Assembly: GCA_963734495.1 (NCBI GenBank)
Contig: CAVTHK010000001.1
Coordinates: forward strand, 32,001 to 96,000
Origin: an uncultured Spirochaetota bacterium
GTDB taxonomy: Bacteria; Spirochaetota; Spirochaetia; SZUA-6; CAVTHK01
Length of the DNA: 64,000 nucleotides
Direction of reading: 5' to 3'
The notes beneath the pieces were generated by a model. That model made no database searches and was not told where the DNA came from. It worked only from the letters and a program-made list of their open reading frames with translations. Made by a program: the position numbers and the translations under genes. Below, in pieces: positions 59,494-64,000 of the stretch. The stretch's first letter is position 1. Each line of letters opens with the position of its first letter.

Positions 59494-60792
59494 ATGCATT
59501 TCCGCAGTCTGATGGTGGGCGTGCTGGTGGTCGTGGCGGTTGCCGGTCCGGTCTGGGCGGGGGGCCAGGGAGAAAAGGCCAGGGGCCCGGTCGAGCTGGT
59601 GTTCCGCCAGAGCGATCCCGCGGCGGAAGTCGTGGGACTCGTCAAGGCGATCGACGACTGGAACGCGTCGCAGCCGCAGATCAAGGTCAAGTTCGAAACC
59701 GTTCCCTGGTCGGACGCCCTGAACCAGTACGTCCGCGAGGCGCAGGCCGGCTCGGCCGTGCCCGACGTGCTGCAGGTGGCCTTTGTCTGGACCAAGGACC
59801 TGGCGACGACCGGCCTGATCCAGAAGCTCGACGATATCATCAAGAAGGACCCTCCCGGCAAGGGTATCGACGACTTCCTGGGCACTGACCTTGGCGTCTA
59901 CAAGGATGGCATCTACGGCATCCCCTGGACCGTCGACACCAATGTGATCGCCTATCGGCCGGACCTGTTCAAGAAAGCAGGCATCGACACCTTCCCGGAC
60001 ACCTGGGATGAGTTCTTCCAGACCGCCAAGAAGCTGACCATGGACACAACCGGCGACGGCAAGATCGATCAGTACGGTTTTGCGTTCCCGGCCGGCAGCG
60101 CCCCCGGCGGCACCATGTGGTTTCTCGTGACGTACTACCTCTGGAGCAACGGCAGGAACATGGTCGAGCCTGACGGCGCCGGCGGTTGGCGAGTCGGCGT
60201 CAAGGTCGATGACCTGGTCGAGTGCATGAAGTACTTTAACCGCTTCTTCGTCGAAGGCGTGACGCCCAGGTCCCTGATAGGCACCAGCGTGGCGGGCGAC
60301 CCGGAGATCACCGGGGGCATCGCGCGCGGCGAGTTCGCCATGGGCTTTTTTACGCCGAGCGTCTTCCGTGTCGCAGCCAAGCAGTCCCAGGTGCCGCTGG
60401 CATCGGCCAAGATCCCGAGGGGCCGGGTCATGAGGATCTCGCACCTCGGCGGCCGCGCCCTCGTGCTCAACACGAAGACGAAGTATCCCGAAGAGTCCTG
60501 GGTGCTGCTCAAGGCGCTGGTCGGCAAGAAGATTTTCGAGAGCTACAACCAGTTCCCCGCGCAGAAGTCGCTGCTCAAGGACATCGTGTACCCGGAACCG
60601 GAGAGGGGCTTCGCCGAGCAGCTTCCGTTCGCGGTTACTTTCAAGCGCTACATCGATTCGCCGGCACCGGTGAACACCATGTGGGAGACCGTGAACCGGG
60701 AGTTCGGGGCGTTCTACTCCGGGCAGAAGACGCCCGAGCAGGCCGCGGCCGACATCATCAAGGTCGTGCAGCCTCTGGTGACGAAGAAGTAG
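59494..60792 (+). CDS. ABC solute-binding protein (MalE-like)
   Basis: Signal peptide, YGIPW, YRPDLFKKAG, PDTWDE; AAGGAG SD. Confidence 0.92.
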   Translation: MHFRSLMVGVLVVVAVAGPVWAGGQGEKARGPVELVFRQSDPAAEVVGLVKAIDDWNASQPQIKVKFETVPWSDALNQYVREAQAGSAVPDVLQVAFVWTKDLATTGLIQKLDDIIKKDPPGKGIDDFLGTDLGVYKDGIYGIPWTVDTNVIAYRPDLFKKAGIDTFPDTWDEFFQTAKKLTMDTTGDGKIDQYGFAFPAGSAPGGTMWFLVTYYLWSNGRNMVEPDGAGGWRVGVKVDDLVECMKYFNRFFVEGVTPRSLIGTSVAGDPEITGGIARGEFAMGFFTPSVFRVAAKQSQVPLASAKIPRGRVMRISHLGGRALVLNTKTKYPEESWVLLKALVGKKIFESYNQFPAQKSLLKDIVYPEPERGFAEQLPFAVTFKRYIDSPAPVNTMWETVNREFGAFYSGQKTPEQAAADIIKVVQPLVTKK

Positions 60793-60875
60793 TTGTCCCG
60801 CTCTTTCCCGCGGCGGATCCCCTGCGGGTCCGCCGCGATTTCGTGGCCGCGCCACGGCGCTCGAAGGGATTGACC

Positions 60876-61805
60876 ATGGCGAAACGCTCGCGCGCCCCCT
60901 CGGCTGGGAGGCGTCGCAACCTCGATCCGCTGCTTCTGGTGCTTCCCTCCGTCGTCTTCCTCGCGGTCTTCTTCTTTTCTCCCGCTTTCTACAACGTTTG
61001 GTTGAGCCTGCAGGACATCAGCCTGTTTCAGCTCAGCAAAGCCGCCAGGTTCGTGGGCCTGGCGAACTTTCTCGAGCTTTTCCGCGATTCCCGCTTCTGG
61101 CTGGCCCTCGGGAACACCTTCTTCTGGCTCACGGCCGTCACCGTGGCCGCGCGGCTCGCTCTCGGACTGGTGCTTGCCCTGCTGGTCAACAATCCGCTGC
61201 TGCGGCGGCTGCGGCTCTCCTGGCTGGCGCGCAGCATGCTGCTCATCCCGTGGGTGACGCCGCCCGTGGTGGCCGTAGCCGCGTGGCAGTGGCTTCTCCA
61301 TCCCCGTTACGGCGCGGTCAACCAGTTCCTCGTGGGCACCGGGCTCGTTTCGGACGGGGTGCCTTTTCTGGTCCAGACTTCGACGGTCTGGCTCGCCATC
61401 GTCATCATCGTTGTGTGGCGCGAGGTGCCCTTTGTCGCCGTTTCGTTCCTGGCCGGGCTTCAGGGCATCCCGGAGGAGCTCTACGAATCGGCACGCGTAG
61501 AGGGTGCCGGCCGCGCCCAGATCCTGAGGCACATTACGCTGCCGCTTCTCAAACCCGTCGCCACGGTCGTGACGCTCCTCATCACGATCTGGACGTTCAA
61601 CAACTTCCTGTACGTCTGGCTCACCACCCGCGGCGGCCCGGGCAACTTTACCCAGGTGCTGGCCACCGAGATGTACACGCAGGCGTTCACCAATTTCCGG
61701 CTGGGCTACGGGGCGGCCGTGGGCATGGTGATGACGCTGCTCATGCTGGCGTTCTCCCTGGTCTACTTCAAGGGATTGTTCCGCAGAAACGTGGAGAATC
61801 GATGA
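60876..61805 (+). CDS. Carbohydrate ABC permease (MalF-like)
   Basis: FVGLANF, LAGLQGIP, LYESARVEGA, TRGGP. Confidence 0.93.
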   Translation: MAKRSRAPSAGRRRNLDPLLLVLPSVVFLAVFFFSPAFYNVWLSLQDISLFQLSKAARFVGLANFLELFRDSRFWLALGNTFFWLTAVTVAARLALGLVLALLVNNPLLRRLRLSWLARSMLLIPWVTPPVVAVAAWQWLLHPRYGAVNQFLVGTGLVSDGVPFLVQTSTVWLAIVIIVVWREVPFVAVSFLAGLQGIPEELYESARVEGAGRAQILRHITLPLLKPVATVVTLLITIWTFNNFLYVWLTTRGGPGNFTQVLATEMYTQAFTNFRLGYGAAVGMVMTLLMLAFSLVYFKGLFRRNVENR

Positions 61806-62644
61806 TGTGGCGCGCAGGACGCGATTGGTCGTACTTCGACGCGGCGCTGGTGCTGCTGACGTTCGTCATCCTGGCCGGTCTGGTGTTCCCCTTTGTGTGG
61901 GTCATCCTCACCTCCATCCGAACCGATGCCGACATGTTCACCCGGACCTTTCAGCTCGCGCCCAGGTCCGTGACCTTCGAGAAATACCGCGCACTCTTCG
62001 GGTCCGACTTCATCCGCTACATCGGCAACAGCATCATCGTCAGCACGGTTTCCACTTTCGTTGCGGTGCTCACGGCGCTGCTGGCCGCCTATGCGTTCTC
62101 GCGGCACGTCTTTCGAGCCAGGGGGTTCCTGCTCGGGACCTTCGCCTTCAGCCAGCTTTTTCCCTTTGTCGTCATCCTGACGCCCCTGTACATCCTGTTC
62201 TTCCGTCTCCACCTGGTGAACACGTTTGCCGGGCTGGTCATCGCCTATGTCGCGATCACGCTTCCCTACTGCGTGTACATGCTGATCGGCTACTTTCAGA
62301 GCGTGCCCGTGAGCCTCGACGAAGCCGCCAGAATCGACGGCTGCTCGACGATGCGGATCATCTTCCGCATCGTCCTGCCGATCGCCTGGCCAGGCATCGT
62401 TGCCACGACCGTGTACGCCTTCATACAGGCCTGGAACGAATACCTGTTCGCGCTGACCCTGATGACGGAGAACGAAAAGAAGACCATTCCGGTGGGGCTT
62501 GCGAATTTCTTTGGCGAGTACACCACCGACTGGGGCTCGGTGATGACCGCCTCCGTGATCGCAACGGTTCCCACGGTGGTCTTCTTCCTGTTCATGCAGC
62601 GGCAGCTCGTGTCCGGCCTCGCTGCCGGCGCGGTCAAGCAGTGA
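61802..62644 (+). CDS. Carbohydrate ABC permease (MalG-like)
   Basis: AAYAFSR, LDEAARIDGC, AWNEY, QRQLVSG; ATGA overlap. Confidence 0.93.
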   Translation: MMWRAGRDWSYFDAALVLLTFVILAGLVFPFVWVILTSIRTDADMFTRTFQLAPRSVTFEKYRALFGSDFIRYIGNSIIVSTVSTFVAVLTALLAAYAFSRHVFRARGFLLGTFAFSQLFPFVVILTPLYILFFRLHLVNTFAGLVIAYVAITLPYCVYMLIGYFQSVPVSLDEAARIDGCSTMRIIFRIVLPIAWPGIVATTVYAFIQAWNEYLFALTLMTENEKKTIPVGLANFFGEYTTDWGSVMTASVIATVPTVVFFLFMQRQLVSGLAAGAVKQ

Positions 62645-62654
62645 GGTGTCTGCC

Positions 62655-64000
62655 ATGAGTGATGTACCGAAAAGGCCCAACGTCCTCTTCCTGCTCACCG
62701 ATGATCAGCGCTTCGACACGATACGCCGCCTGGGCCGCCCGCGCATGCACACGCCCGGCATGGACTATCTGAGCGCGCGGGGCGTTGCGTTCGAGAACGC
62801 CTACATCATGGGCGGCACGTGTCAAGCGGTCTGCATGCCGTCGCGCGCCATGCTCAACACCGGAAGGACCATGTTTCACATCCAGGGAGACGGCGAGGAC
62901 GTCCCGGCCGGCCACGTCCTCATGGGTGAGCATTTCCGCAAGGAGGGCTACACGACCTTTGTGACCGGCAAGTGGCACAACGGACCCGCCGCCCTGGCGC
63001 GGAGCTTTTCCTGCGGCGACGAGATCTTCTTCGGTGGCATGGACGACCACTGGAACGTGCCGGCCTGCCGCTTCGCGCCCGCGGGGGCCTACCCGGTTCC
63101 CAGGCCGCACCGCTGGGACCCGGGCACGGGGACCGTCACCGAGATCCCCAAACAATACGACCACATCACGCCCGGCAGGCATTCGACCGACCTCTTCGCC
63201 GACGCGGCCATCGACTTTATCGGGAGCTGGGACGAGTCGACTCCGTTCTTCGCGTACGTGGCCTTTATGGCCCCGCACGACCCGCGCACGATGCCTCAAG
63301 CGTTCCTCAACCTGTACGACGCGGATGCCGTCGAGCTGCCCGACAGCTTCATGCCTGAGCACCCCTTTGACAACGGGGAGATGGACGTAAGGGACGAGCT
63401 GCTCGCGGCGAAGCCGCGGCAGCCGCGTGAGATCAGGCGGCACCTCGCGGACTACTACGCCATGATCTCGCACCTGGACGCCGCGATCGGGCGAATTCTG
63501 GACGCGCTCAAGGCGAAGCACGCGCTCGAGAACACCATCATCGTGCTGACGGGAGACAACGGTCTTGCGATCGGCAGGCACGGCCTGATGGGCAAACAGA
63601 GCCTGTACGACCACAGCGTCCACGTCCCGCTGATCATCGCCGGGCCCGGCGTGCCGACTGACGAGCGGCGCGCTCAGCCGTGCTACCTGATCGACCTGTT
63701 TCCGACGCTGTGCGAGCTGACCGGGATCCCCATCCCCGCCACTGTGGACGGGAAGAGCCTCGCGGGGGCGCTGCATTCCATCCGTGCCGTTCACCGCGAA
63801 TCGCTGCACTTCGCCTACCGGCATCTGCACCGCGGCGTCATGAAGGATGGCCTGAAGCTGATCGAGTACTGCGTGGGCCGGCAGCGGCACACCCAGCTCT
63901 TCGACCTGACCCGCGACCCCTGGGAGCTCGCGAATCTCGCACGGCGGCCCGAGCGCAGCGGGGAGCTCAACGAGATGCGGCGGGAGCTCGCCGCGTGGCA
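62655..64000 (+). CDS. Sulfatase (Cys-type, choline-sulfatase-like), runs off the window edge
   Basis: Manual translation MSDVPKRPNVLFLLTDDQRFD..AVCMPSRAML..GKWH..APHDP..GDNGLAIGRHGLMGKQSLY. Confidence 0.9.
   Translation, partial: MSDVPKRPNVLFLLTDDQRFDTIRRLGRPRMHTPGMDYLSARGVAFENAYIMGGTCQAVCMPSRAMLNTGRTMFHIQGDGEDVPAGHVLMGEHFRKEGYTTFVTGKWHNGPAALARSFSCGDEIFFGGMDDHWNVPACRFAPAGAYPVPRPHRWDPGTGTVTEIPKQYDHITPGRHSTDLFADAAIDFIGSWDESTPFFAYVAFMAPHDPRTMPQAFLNLYDADAVELPDSFMPEHPFDNGEMDVRDELLAAKPRQPREIRRHLADYYAMISHLDAAIGRILDALKAKHALENTIIVLTGDNGLAIGRHGLMGKQSLYDHSVHVPLIIAGPGVPTDERRAQPCYLIDLFPTLCELTGIPIPATVDGKSLAGALHSIRAVHRESLHFAYRHLHRGVMKDGLKLIEYCVGRQRHTQLFDLTRDPWELANLARRPERSGELNEMRRELAAW

Noticed and set aside
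1-64000. tRNA, rRNA, prophage or IS transposase
   Set aside because: None recognised by eye; a tRNAscan/Infernal run would be needed to exclude them formally

Overview
High-GC bacterial window, probably from a free-living Spirochaetia-like organism (inferred from the STAS/Zn-ribbon protein and the style of the solute-binding proteins), dominated by carbohydrate scavenging: six CUT1-type ABC permease/solute-binding-protein sets with no ATPase, GH78 and GH51 hydrolases, two Cys-type sulfatases, an enolase-superfamily enzyme and two paralogous unassigned TIM-barrel-like proteins. Main points: (1) a 3.4-kb RIT element (three tandem tyrosine recombinases, 31-bp perfect terminal inverted repeats, symmetric internal boxes, terminal palindrome) splits a cation:proton antiporter gene, and removing it at a 4-bp TGCG repeat restores the reading frame; (2) that antiporter lies in an operon headed by a fluoride riboswitch, with a possible coupled 37-codon leader ORF and a DUF6062-like gene; (3) three sigma-54 promoters share a 25-bp upstream box, one followed by a c-di-GMP-I riboswitch in front of an Ig/FN3 surface lipoprotein and another driving a UbiA/epimerase/DUF2723 glycosylation operon; (4) two divergent genes appear to start at CTG, and several genes look leaderless. 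Many frameshifts (mainly 29.6-33.9 kb) are probably sequencing errors. All family assignments are by eye from motifs; no searches were run.
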